Positions 25,530 to 36,940 of a stretch of 64,000 nt of DNA are shown one piece after another. The translations under genes and the position numbers were made by a program. Position 1 is the stretch's first letter; each line of letters opens with the position of its first letter. Origin of the DNA: Laetmonice hystrix (Eukaryota); the NCBI GenBank assembly GCA_965235115.1, contig OZ249436.1, positions 38,566,001 through 38,630,000 on the forward strand, given 5' to 3'. The notes under the pieces are model-generated. The model worked only from the letters and a program-made list of their open reading frames with translations, had not been told where the DNA came from and made no database searches.

Positions 25530-25779
25530 AGGAATGTGTATGTTTGTCCCCTGTATTTGGCCCTATTAAGTTGACATGTAATTTATGTGTATCATGGCAT
25601 TTCCCCCCTGTACAGATGCTATAATCACCCACACATCTCATTATCATCTCACTCTTCTATCATACCTATGTAATAGATAGTATCGAGGATAAGGTATTAG
25701 GGAAACGCGTGACTATTGTAGGAGGTTTACCAGGAAACAGGCTTATAGCCTTGTGTATATCTTCTTCAATAAAGATCAT

Positions 25780-25812
<33 letters not shown>

Positions 25813-26760
25813 CAGTCAAATTCGGGTTCTAGAGGTTGAAATTGTCTAGAAACTTCCAATTTTAAGTAGTCTCTCAGGGATGGTCACGAAAATCGATTTC
25901 TAGCCACATTTAGTAGCCTACCTGGGGCCCACGGCCTACATAGCTGGTCTTCTGGTGCACAGGGTTACATGACATTATGATGCAAGAGCTACCCCCAGGC
26001 ACTGCTCAGAGCATCCTCAGTGACACTTCGGGACCCTGTCACCATGGTGATCTATAATTAGACCAGCGCCACCACCAGTGGTGTCACTTGGTCTGGGGCA
26101 AGTTTACTATATAGCGCCACCACCATCTGTGCCAGAACCGGTATACTTTTACACTACTCATGGTAATGACTTCGACGTTGATTGTAACCTGAAGTCGGCC
26201 GCTTTGAAAGTGTAGGCCTATATAATGGCTTCAGCATATAATCGAAAGCATAATACACTGGCGCAGGACCAGTCCGGGGGATCTTGTGACGGGGGGGAGG
26301 GCGTGAGGATCGGAAAACTTGAACTCCATCATTTTTCCAATAATTATCCCCGATAAAGCAAAAATAAATTTAAAAAACAATTTTAACACAAATTACTATG
26401 GGAGGTATTTTCAGGACACTTCATGAGCAGAATTAAAGCCTTTAATCCTTGCCTCTGTGATAGGCCTCGCAATACTCGGCCTATTGCCAAAGCTACACAA
26501 ATGTACCATGGTCTGGTGGTGACATACACACACACACAAATATATGTGTGGGTGTAGGGCAATAAACAGGTCAGTACACACCCACACACAAATTTGTGTG
26601 TGTGCGTGTATTAAATACATAAACTTTTTGTATTTAATACAAAAACTTTCTGTATTAAATACAGAAACTTTTTGTATTAAATACAGAAACTTTCTGTATT
26701 TAATACAAAAACTTTTTGTATTTAATACAGAAAGTTTTCGTATATATACAAAAACTTTTT

Positions 26761-27032
26761 GGGGGCCTCGGGTGGCCGAGTGGTCTAAGGTGTCGGCTCC
26801 ATCATGACACCTAGGACCATCGCCTCACACCGCTGCGACCCGGGTTCGATTCCCGGCCTGGGCTGCATGTGTGAAAGGTTTGTCAGTCAGTTCCTTCCCG
26901 AAGGTCGGTGGTTTCCTCCGGGTACTCCGGTTTCCTCCACCAAGAAAAACTGACTTTCATCTCATCTTCACCGCCGTGATATGACCCTGGCTGTTGCAAG
27001 GCGTAAAACCCCAAATACCCACCCACCCACCC
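26761..27032 (+). mobile_element. tRNA-derived SINE with a V-SINE-like central domain
   Basis: A box TGGCCGAGTGG and B box GGTTCGATTCC. Core GGTTTCCTCCGGGTACTCCGGTTTCCTCC. (ACCC)n tail. AAAAACTTTTTG on both sides is a possible TSD, but it also matches the host array. Confidence 0.85.
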
Positions 27033-27156
27033 AAAAACTTTTTGTATTTAATACAAAAAGTTTCTGTATAAAAAAAATACAAAAAGTTTTTGTATTTAAT
27101 ACAGAAAGTTTTTGTATTTAATACAGAAATTCTGAAAAAAATAACCATGTTATTAC

Positions 27157-27985
27157 CGGGGATAATTATTGGAAAAATGATGGAGTTCAAGTTTTCCGAT
27201 CCTCACGACCCCCCCCCCCCCCCCCCGTCACAAGATCCCCCGGACTGGTCCTGCGCCAGTGTATTATGCTTTCGATTATATGCTGAAGCCATTATATAGG
27301 CCTACACTTTCAAAGCGGCCGACTTCAGGTTACAATCAACGTCGAAGTCATTACCATGAGTAGTGTAAAAGTATACCGGTTCTGGCACAGATGGTGGTGG
27401 CGCTATATAGTAAACTTGCCCCAGACCAAGTGACACCACTGGTGGTGGCGCTGGTCTAATTATAGATCACCATGGTGACAGGGTCCCGAAGTGTCACTGA
27501 GGATGCTCTGAGCAGTGCCTGGGGGTAGCTCTTGCATCATAATGTCATGTAACCCTGTGCACCAGAAGACCAGCTATGTAGGCCGTGGGCCCCAGGTAGG
27601 CTACTAAATGTGGCTAGAAATCGATTTTCGTGACCATCCCTGAGAGACTACTTAAAATTGGAAGTTTCTAGACAATTTCAACCTCTAGAACCCGAATTTG
27701 ACTGTTGTCCAAATCTTGCACAATACGGAGCTAGGTAAAAATCCTTTTTGAAATTCGTCTCAAATTCAATGAAATTGTCGATAACGTCGAAGATATTGCA
27801 GAGGGAGCCTTCAAACTTGTTATGCCATGACCTAGGACATAAGGCAAGAGACATTAAATGGACAAAATTAGTGAAACTCCAGGTCTCGTTGAACGAAAAC
27901 ACGTTTTTGTGGGGGAAAAAATGCGTCTTTGCATTTTTTATTTAAGAAAATTAAAAAATGCACCAAATGCAGTGACAATTTTTTT
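27157..27985 (-). repeat. ~830-bp inverted duplicate of 19073-19351 joined to 25812-26352 (the LINE-free allele of the target region)
   Basis: Near base-for-base reverse-complement match. Identical spurious ORFs appear at 19112-19309(-) and 27748-27945(+). Confidence 0.93.
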
Positions 27986-29424
27986 CTGTCAATGGGAATC
28001 TGATCCTTATAACATGACACAGTTTTTGGTAAAGTTTCATGAAATTAGATATACAAAAAATATTTTTAAAAATTCCTTAGCATCACTCGTCGCATTATAA
28101 TTGCAATATAGGCCCCTATGCTTATTTTCATATTTAACGGCCAGAAAACGACCGCAGCAAAAGTGCGAGGTTAGCAAAAGTGCGAGGTTAGCGTCTTCTA
28201 CACATTAAATATTATTGCAATAGGATCCTACATTTCAAATGTTTCGGGGGGGGGGGGGTACCTACACCCCCAGATTCCGGACTACAAGATTTATGAGAAG
28301 ATTATCAGCTTAAGTAGGCCGCAAATATCCCCAAAATGTTCTAGTGTGAAGAGGTGAGTATAATGCTTAGTATTGCAATCTCGTACATTTCGTCAGAGGA
28401 CGCGGATGGGAAAGGAGAGGAGCGTTCTTTCCAGAATAATATATTGTCATAAGGTTTTAGTCATGCGCCCCCAATATTCATCTCTGAATCTGTGTTATCA
28501 TATTTTTTATTACTGTTATTTTGTAGCGCCAACGCTTACGGGCCAAGTTTTGGTGGAAGAGGATTCACAAACACAGGGGCTCACCTCCGCTGTGTATTCT
28601 TGACCGAGGGGTGGGGGCAAGGTGGCGATTCCCCAACTTTGTATTGGCGGGAATAATATTATTGACATTGTCTTTTTTGGACATATTTAGCTTATTCCAA
28701 GGGATTCCAAGCATCACAATATTATGACGTCCTATTCAGTGGCAGTAGTAAGGAGACAAAGTTTACTTGTTGATGCATATTTGATGAAGGCACTGCAGTG
28801 ATGGGGGGGGGGGGGGGGGGGTTCCAGGATTTTGTAATGGGGGGTTCAGAGGTAAACTTTGCTAAGGGGGAGGGGGAAGCACGGTCAATTCAGATGTTCT
28901 ATCGGGGAAAAAGAGACATTGGTTGCCAAGGGGGAGTTTGACACCCCGACCCCCCCCCCCCCCGACGCTTTGCCGGGCCATGCCTCAGTCTCCCTCCCCC
29001 TCCAATGAAAATATGGTTCCCACGCCTATGGTCCCTATCCTAAAAGGAAACGAACCAAGAGTTGCTAAAATTTAAGGCAATGTAGGTGGAGCGTAACTAT
29101 TAGTAGAGTAATGTGTGAAAAGGTTGAACTTAGATACATTTAAACTGTCTGAAACCATTTTTCGACTTTGTGTTGATTCTAAATCTGCGACCGGGGGGGG
29201 GGGGGGGGGTAATCTGCGCTAGGGGGTATATAGTCTGGGCTATATAGCCTGCACTCTGGAGTATAAACTGGGCTAGCCCAGAATATACCCCGGGGTTAAT
29301 CTAGTCTAGCCCAGATTGTAATACATGTACAAATGTACTTCAACTAATTTGAGCAGTTGCCACAGCCGGATGAGCTTCTCCTCGTACAAGGATCGTACAA
29401 TGGCTTGTCACATGACCACGTCAC

Positions 29425-29478
29425 ATGAGTGTCGTCACTAGGCTCTGCCTTTTCACGGCGGAAACAGATTTTCTTTCG
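29425..29478 (+). CDS. Candidate first coding exon of the sulfotransferase gene (MSVVTRLCLFTAETDFLS)
   Basis: ATG...TTTCG|GTGAG phase-0 donor is in frame with the phase-0 acceptor at 32212/32213. No other support. Confidence 0.3.
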
Positions 29479-30467
29479 GTGAGCACCGTCACACGGCACT
29501 GCGATAATATTCAGTTGACTGAACTCTAACTCCATTAATGCGATTCTTTTGGCGTCGTGGCGAAAATCGTACGATGCTGGACCCCCCCCCCCCCCGAACA
29601 TGGACCCTAGATCCGACCTGGGGTACCCTGAATCAGGGTGTACAGGCTGTAGGTCCTATATAGTCACCTAGGGTAATATAGAGCGCTTACCAATACAAGT
29701 TTCCAATACAAAGTTATCCATCGGTTCCCCGCTTGTGACTTGTAGACAAAGACGGTGTAGGCCTAAAGTCAAGTAAATGCAACTATACCGTGAAAAGATA
29801 GATACTATACACCATGCCCTAATTTACTGATTTACTTGACTTCGACTTCGACCGAAAGTCAGTGATATCCACTTCCGGTCATAAATGGACTCAGTGTCAC
29901 CAAAAGCCCCCTAAAACGAAACTAAGATCGTGAAAATAAGTTCATTATTAGCGGACAAAGTCACAGGATCAGTCTGTGGGGCCCAGGACATTTTCCGATA
30001 ATGTCACCACAAACAAACCAATAAAGAAAAAAGTCAATTAAAGCATAAAAATCTTACGGGATTACACTTCATACCCCCACTATAAGCATAGAACAGGATT
30101 GTAAGGTATTTCTTTGAAACATTTGAGTTTTCTTCATTCTAGGCCTATACATTGTAGGGTCACGAACGGCATGCGATGGAAGTTCGCCGCCGTGTCAAGG
30201 TGAGTCATGTAGCGGATTTATCAATACTGGCACCAACTAAAGCATGGAGCGTGTCATGTTCTTGTAATCTTGGGATAAGAAGAATATTCAAAGATACATA
30301 TCTCGACGTGACGTCATCAAAATTTGTCGAATTTTCGATTACCCCTAGACGCATTTCTTCGGGCTCAACGCCTATCACATACGCCCAACAGTTTGTCAGT
30401 TTATGTTCCAGTAGGGCTATAGCAGATTCTATAAAACAGACAAAATGAAGTTAATATGAACACTATA

Positions 30468-31348
30468 GGGCTGTATTCAGGATGATCATCGGCTGACTAG
30501 CTTAGTCGCGATTAACTGTTGTACGGTGGTTAAAATAGGTTTGTACGCGTGTGGATAAACACCCGTGATGATCGCAGTTCACAAGATGTCACAATCACCT
30601 GATTATATGTCCGCGTCTAATTTGTGCAGTCTCATACTATTTCGATCCACGACAGGTCATGTAACCTGATCAGGTGGCAAGACAAACAAAAAGACCTGTC
30701 TAAACTTGGGAACAAGGCCACCACATGAGATTCACCGCATGATGGTAAAGAGGAGAGCATGTCCAAAAAACGGGCTGACAATTATACACTGAATCAACGG
30801 ATGGGGCTAATTGAGTGTACCGGTATATCAGAAGTCGAAAACAGTGATAGAAGATAAACGTTCCGATACGACCGCCAACCAGAAGAAGCAGGCAGCCTGG
30901 GAGTCTGTCGCACGTGAGCCTTATTCCCAGAAAGGCCGAAATGTTCTGCAAAAGATTTGAAGGAGCTGTGGAGATTCTTCTGTCACTATACTCCTCCAAA
31001 GGATTTGTCCGGTCCTTAAATATCCTTTGGTCAACGTGCACAGCATTCTGCCTCTCTTACTCAGCTTCTTCAGCTGCTAATTCCAAGATACGTAGCGGAT
31101 CCATTGCGACATGGAGGCTTGCCAGTGAGAAATGACAGATTGTACGCAAGAAAAACAAGCCTCTTGGAACGTGTAGGAATTCTTTTGTTACTTGAGCACA
31201 CGTGTCTAATTTTGGTCGTTGGTTACACGTGCGATGACCTACTCAGTCTTTATGAATTGCTGTCCAATTTGAACGGCTAATCACTGCCTGCTTAGTCACA
31301 TTTTACGCTAGTTACCCGTACGAAAAACATCCTTTATGAATACGGCCC
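30468..31348. mobile_element. Internally deleted PIF/Harbinger transposon
   Basis: Imperfect TIRs GGGCTGTATTCA / TGAATACGGCCC. The + strand at ~30825-30918 gives a Myb/SANT-like fragment (YQKSKTVIEDKRSDTTANQKKQAAWESVARE). The - strand at ~30975-31105 gives a HARBI1-like N-terminus (QRIFKDRTNPLEEYSD). Confidence 0.7.
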
Positions 31349-32212
31349 TAAATTTTTAAATCTAGTGAACCTTTTGAATGATTAATGTGATAGGCTCATT
31401 GGCCGTGGACCCCCAAGGAGCGGTTTTATTCCTTCACTCCACTAATTTCCAGTGGACAAAACACAATGTACTAAAGGTGGACTGACAATTGTTTGAGTAT
31501 ACTTAATTGGATTTGGGGTGGGGGCTAAATATTGTCTAATGTAAAATCTTACACATATTATCTTGAATATAATGTATCAACCAAAACATTCTCAATCCAC
31601 TGCGCCATGTGTCAAGAGCGGTCTTCACTGCTGACCTGTTGACTCATTCACGCCAGTCGAGGGCGTGTCGAGGATATTTTTATAAAACGGGGAGGGGGAG
31701 TCAAGGCTTGTAAGTATAAAGGGATCCAAAAGTGGCGAAGTTAGGGGACTTGATTAGAAAACATTTCGTTGAAAAGGGAGAAACATTGTGTGAGAGGAAA
31801 GGACAGGCATACTGTTATTCGGCTCCCAATCATTTCCACTCCTGTTACAAATCTGGAAAACATTTTTGCTTACACCTATACATGTCCCCTAGTCAACCAA
31901 ATTATGACAATAAAAATGTTTAAGCATCAACATTTTTAGTGCATAATTCCATTAGTTTGTTCCACAGGATACAACAGGAGGACCTAGGCCTATACAATAC
32001 CCAAACCTTAGACATAATCATAATCAACAAACAATACGCTTGATATACATGTAAACAAATATTTAGACTAGAGTTTAAAGTTGTGCTAGAAAAAAAAACA
32101 AGAATTGTGTTAACCCTGTGACATCATTAGGCCTACACGTATAGGCCTATATAAAAAGAATACACATGTACCGTTAATACTTTGCTATCTTAAAAACATT
32201 TTTCCATTTCAG

Positions 32213-33475
32213 ACTATCTGCAGATGGATGCTTGTAGCTATGACACTCATCGCCTTGCTCGGAATTCACAAAATAAAAAAAGTTTATCATCTAACCGTTC
32301 CTTTTCAACTTCACTCTAAATCCCAACCGGCTACCTGTCGTCGCCAGGACAATCTTTATTTCCTCAAGATGCACAAAACCGGATCGACAACAATGTTCAA
32401 TATTTTGAACCGAATTGCTCTCAGACGACATTTACGAATGGCTACATACTCAAGAGCGCCTTACAATCGTGGGCCCCAATCTTTCGTGAGGTCTCTCATT
32501 CCTAAGTTCACCGTTGGAAAAAGTAGGAAGTATAACATGCATGGAGAGCATAGCTATTATAGCAAACAGGACATCTACAAAATGTTGGTATCTCCACATT
32601 CAAATGTCACATTCTTACGTCATCCCAATACTCTGGTACGGTCTTATCTGTATGCAAAGGGTTTCGACAGGTTACTAGGACTTAAGGAGCCAGATATCCT
32701 GAAAGATTTCTTTGAAAAAATACATCGACACCCCAAGACTGCTGGTCGTGCAAAACTTGTAAGGAATTCAATGACAGACCAATTACTGATTGGTGCGAAG
32801 TTTAATAATTCTATAGTGGATATTGATCGAGATTTTGTTATCGGACTGAATGAATATTACGATGAATCGCTCATCCTCATAAGGCGAAAACTTTGTTGGA
32901 CTTTACAAGATATAATATATGTTCCTTTGCGGTTGACACCGTACCCCGGCCCCGTTGACAAGACAAACAAGACTCTTCGCGAACTCGTATGTTCGTGGTC
33001 GAACTTAGACTGTCCACTGTATGAGTATTTCAACCAAAGTTTCTGGAGAGCTCTTCACAAGGCGGGACCACAGTTCTACGAGGAGGTCGCACATTTCAGG
33101 TTCATTCTGAAGAAAACCTTCACTTACTGCACATATGTACACGAAAGACTAAAAGGGCACACGGAAACGATCACAGAGCTCGAGGGAGAAATCGCACCTC
33201 TCGTGATACCGGGATCTCACTGGAACGACCAGTTCAGGATCGATGTCCTAGACTGCGCTTTGATGCGCGTTCCAGGATTCTCCTTTCCAACGCTGTCTTA
33301 TTACGTTCAAAATAAGGCCGAATGTGAATTAGTGAGACGCGATTCTGGAAAGACTTGCAAGATTGCCTACAAATATCATAAGGATATCTGCCAGTCGATT
33401 TGTTCTACTACCAATGATACCATGGATATGGTGCGAAATTTCCTTAAAGACGAACGGGTATATATGTGGAGATGA
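32213..33475 (+). CDS. GAL3ST: Galactose-3-O-sulfotransferase-like protein (type II Golgi membrane sulfotransferase), one large coding exon
   Basis: N-terminal hydrophobic anchor. 5'-PAPS-binding motif FLKMHKTGSTT, then FLRHP, IGLNEYYDESLILIRRKLCW, WSNLDCPLYEYFNQSFW. Acceptor TTTCCATTTCAG at 32212; in-frame ATG at 32228. Confidence 0.88.
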   Translation, partial: TICRWMLVAMTLIALLGIHKIKKVYHLTVPFQLHSKSQPATCRRQDNLYFLKMHKTGSTTMFNILNRIALRRHLRMATYSRAPYNRGPQSFVRSLIPKFTVGKSRKYNMHGEHSYYSKQDIYKMLVSPHSNVTFLRHPNTLVRSYLYAKGFDRLLGLKEPDILKDFFEKIHRHPKTAGRAKLVRNSMTDQLLIGAKFNNSIVDIDRDFVIGLNEYYDESLILIRRKLCWTLQDIIYVPLRLTPYPGPVDKTNKTLRELVCSWSNLDCPLYEYFNQSFWRALHKAGPQFYEEVAHFRFILKKTFTYCTYVHERLKGHTETITELEGEIAPLVIPGSHWNDQFRIDVLDCALMRVPGFSFPTLSYYVQNKAECELVRRDSGKTCKIAYKYHKDICQSICSTTNDTMDMVRNFLKDERVYMWR

Positions 33476-34017
33476 GAGGAGAAAATTGTATTTCCTTACT
33501 TTGCATTACAATGTTGAAATATGTAGCATTGAATCATGTTTACACAATGAACCCCGTCAATGACCAATATGACCTAAATACGTTCATGACGTACTTGACG
33601 TACATTTGGTAAGGGTTATGACGATTATATTATGACATCATATGACGTAAACTCTGATGATAACATACATTATTATGCAATAACAACCATTCAGATATTT
33701 TCAAAAAGAAAGGAACACGCTATCACCTTGAGAGCTGCTCGTATTATAGTGATTTAAGACGCGAGTGTTTTTGTTAAAAATGGCTGCCAGGCCGCCATCT
33801 TGCATGGGATGAGAAGTTCCTTTGACGTGCCCGAGAGGGTAGGAAATCGGGTGGTGGCAGGGACAATAGGCAATCCAGTGTGGACAGGGTAATGGAGTCT
33901 TTGATGGCCTGGATGGCCCGACCGTAACAGGGCATTTAAAAAAAAGTCAATCCCAACTTCGGTGTCAATTAATGGGGAGAGGCCTGTGAGTGGTGGCCTC
34001 CGAGATAGGCCTCTTGT

Positions 34018-34142
34018 GGCAGGGTTACTTGGAGGATTTACCCCGGGTATTACCCGGGTCAGCGGTGATGAGTTATATATGTAGATACCAGCTCGCCAAC
34101 ACTGATATATTACCCGGGTGAAATCCTCAGTGTGAACCTGCC
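34018..34142. mobile_element. Short palindromic MITE-like element
   Basis: GGCAGGGTTACTTGGAGGATTTACCCCGGGTA is imperfectly inverted to TACCCGGGTGAAATCCTCAGTGTGAACCTGCC. Confidence 0.5.
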
Positions 34143-34665
34143 CACACGATATTTAACAATTCCGTAGTCATCATACTGCCGTGCTTGCTAGTCGAAGCAG
34201 GGCCGGATCCGGTGGGGGTGGGGTGGGGGTTGGGGGGTGGGGGGGGGGGGGGTTGGTTGTGGGAACAAAAAAAAGAAATAAAAAATAAAAAAGGAAGAAA
34301 AAAAGAAAAGGAAAGAAAAACAAAGGTGTCAAAATGTCTGTCCTCCAGGAACCACAGTGAATCTAGTGAATCTAGAATCTAAAACGATAGGTAGCCTATA
34401 TATTTCATAAAATAAAATTAATTTCGGACTAGACGACTGCACCCCCCGCCCCCTTGAAAAAATCCTGGATCCGGCCCTGCGGAGGTACATCACACATAAC
34501 CCCCACGAAATTTGGCATATTATAACTTTGCCCCCGGTTCTTTCCGTTGTTGTTCGGCCGAGATCCAAAGCCGAACTGGGGCAAGTTAGAAGCAAAAAAC
34601 AAAAAAAGTAAAATAGCTTGAAGTGATAAATGAAATGAACCGCACTGATGATTGGATGTTGTTCT

Positions 34666-34793
34666 AGTGTCTTCTCATTGTGGAGTTACAAGTGTCTTCT
34701 CATTGTGGAGTTACAAGTGTCTTCTCATTGTGGAGTTACAAGTGTCTTCTCATTGTGTAGTTACAAGTGTCTTCTCGTTGTGGACTTACAAGT
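34666..34793. repeat. 25-bp tandem repeat (5 copies)
   Basis: Unit AGTGTCTTCTCATTGTGGAGTTACA. Confidence 0.9.
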
Positions 34794-36299
34794 GCATGTC
34801 TTTGCAGGCTGGTGAATATTGTTGCTGAATGTTCTGCCGACAGCCGTACATGAACTAGAACTGTTTCTAGGCGCGCACCAGTGGGTGTCTAATTGAATAA
34901 GGTCGTAACACGTCTGCATGGTGCGTTTCCCGGGGATCTCAATAGAAATAAGGGGTGCGCGACCTTTTATAGGGGTGCTAACGTTGCTGACCAGTAAAGG
35001 GGTGTGGCTTTCCTTTTGGGGTTTTTACCATTAAAGTTTGGTGACGCATGCAAGAGGTGTTAATCATTACTGGTGGACACGTAAAGAGCGGGGACTGGCT
35101 ATAATTATGATCATGTGCTGACCACGTACATGTAGTTGCTGAATCAGCCCGAGGGGTAGCAGCAGTTGGGACGTTTCGGGACATAACACTTATTTAGAGA
35201 ACTGCGTAAGAACTGTTGGGGAAGCTTTTTAGCATTTTAACAGCTGGGGTGTCCTACAGCTTGGCTCTCAGCAATTGTTTCTGCTTAAAGTTCGTATTCG
35301 TTCTAACTTAAGATTATCTACTAAAATAATACTACAACATGCAATTATATTTATAACATGATCCCACGCTTTATAGAAAATGTCATTATTGATGCTGGTT
35401 CAATGTATGTTCACAGCGTGGGTTCTCAAGCGAGGTGGCTTCGGAGTCGACATGCTGCTGGCTCCCTTAAGGTTTTATAGCGTTAACTATACGAAAGATT
35501 ATATTAAGCGATTAAATAAAGGTACACATAATTGTACCCATATAGCTGACATCCCTCTCCTTATCCCTGACCTTAACCCGAACTCCTGCCCATGGGTGAA
35601 TAACCCAGTCAGGCCCTTCCTTGCAGGGGCGCCGGCAGCAAATTATTATTGGGGGGGGGGAGAGCTAAAGCGAAAGTGATAGGCACATGTTTAGTAAAGC
35701 AAGGTCGGAGGCCCTATCCCAGAAAAGTTTTTCATGTTTTGAAGGCCCCCACCCCCCACCCACCCCCCACCCCCCGCCTCTGGCGCATATGCCTCCTGGG
35801 CGAAATGAATCGGTTAATATTGTGAAAAACCTTTATTTCATTCCACATTTATTCGATCATGGATGTATGCAACCACACGGGTTGCCAAGTGCTTGCATAA
35901 TATAATACATTTTGTTGTATTCTGTATGCGGCTAGAACCCTAGTCATCATCGATATGCTACTTACTTGTAACTTAACATAATTAGTAGTCTAGCCCCTCT
36001 TAGAATTCTCAGCAATTCTCCTATCCATTGTGCTTATTGCTATTCAGTACAATGTATGTCGTTCAAGCAGCATTACAAAAATAGGACTTTAATTTCTACT
36101 TATTGAATCTACACGACCTCAGGGCAGAACGAATCATCAATCAGGTCCAGTCATTCGAACGGTATACAAAGATGTTTTTCTTACATTTTGCTACACATAA
36201 TAATTAAATGAGAAGCTGCGCTCCCTGTCAGACCAGTACTCTGCTGGGGAACACAATTAGAAGAACATAATACCCCTACCCTTCAAGAACGTCAATCTT

Positions 36300-36940
36300 G
36301 CCTCACACCACCGACCCATCCTGCAGGCGGTCGGTGCTGACGCCTCACACCACCGACCCATCCTGCAGGCGGTCGGTGCTGACGCCTCACGCCACCGACC
36401 CATCCTGCAGGCGGTCGGTGCTGACGCCTCACGTCACCAACCCATCCTGGAGGCGGTCGGTGCTGAACGCCTCACACCACCGACCCATCCTGCAGGCGGT
36501 CGGTGCTGACGCCTCACGCCACCGACCCATCCTGGAGGCGGTCGGTGCTGACGCCTCACGCCACCGACCCATCCTGCAGGCGGTCGGTGCTGACGCCTTA
36601 CGCCACCGACCCATCGTGCAGGCGGTCGGTGCTGACGCCTCACGCCACCGACCCATCCTGCAGGCGGTCGGTGCTGACGCCTTACGCCACCGACCCATCG
36701 TGCAGGCGGTCGGTGCTGACGCCTCACACCACCGACCCATCCTGCAGGCGGTCGGTGCTGACGCCTCACACCACCGACCCATCCTGCAGGCGGTCGGTGC
36801 TGACGCCTCCCGCCACCGACCCATCCTGGAGGCGGTCGGTGCTGACGCCTCACGCCACCGACCCATCCTGGAGGCGGTCGGTGCTGACGCCTCACACCAC
36901 CGACCCATCCTGCAGGCGGTCGGTGCTGACGCCTTACGCC
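36300..36940. repeat. 42-bp hairpin-forming tandem repeat (~15 copies) starting at the stop codon of gene B
   Basis: Unit GCCTCACGCCACCGACCCATCCTGCAGGCGGTCGGTGCTGAC with a CACCGACC/GGTCGGTG stem. The last unit contains gene B's TAA (36934-36936). Confidence 0.95.

Larger units (their letters stand above)
19352..25811 (+). mobile_element. Full-length non-LTR retrotransposon (CR1/L2-group LINE): ORF1-NADAR, SGNH ORF, repeated spacer, APE-RT ORF2, AATAAA and poly(A)
   Basis: Boundaries set by the empty site GATTTGGACA|ACAGTCAAATTC preserved in the inverted copy at ~27690-27720. The 5' end carries a YY1-like AACATGGCCGCC. AATAAA at 25768, then an A-run at 25784-25812. Confidence 0.93.

Noticed and set aside
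26761..26860. Functional tRNA gene
   Set aside because: It has A and B boxes but over-long spacing and no cloverleaf, and it continues into a SINE core and simple-repeat tail.
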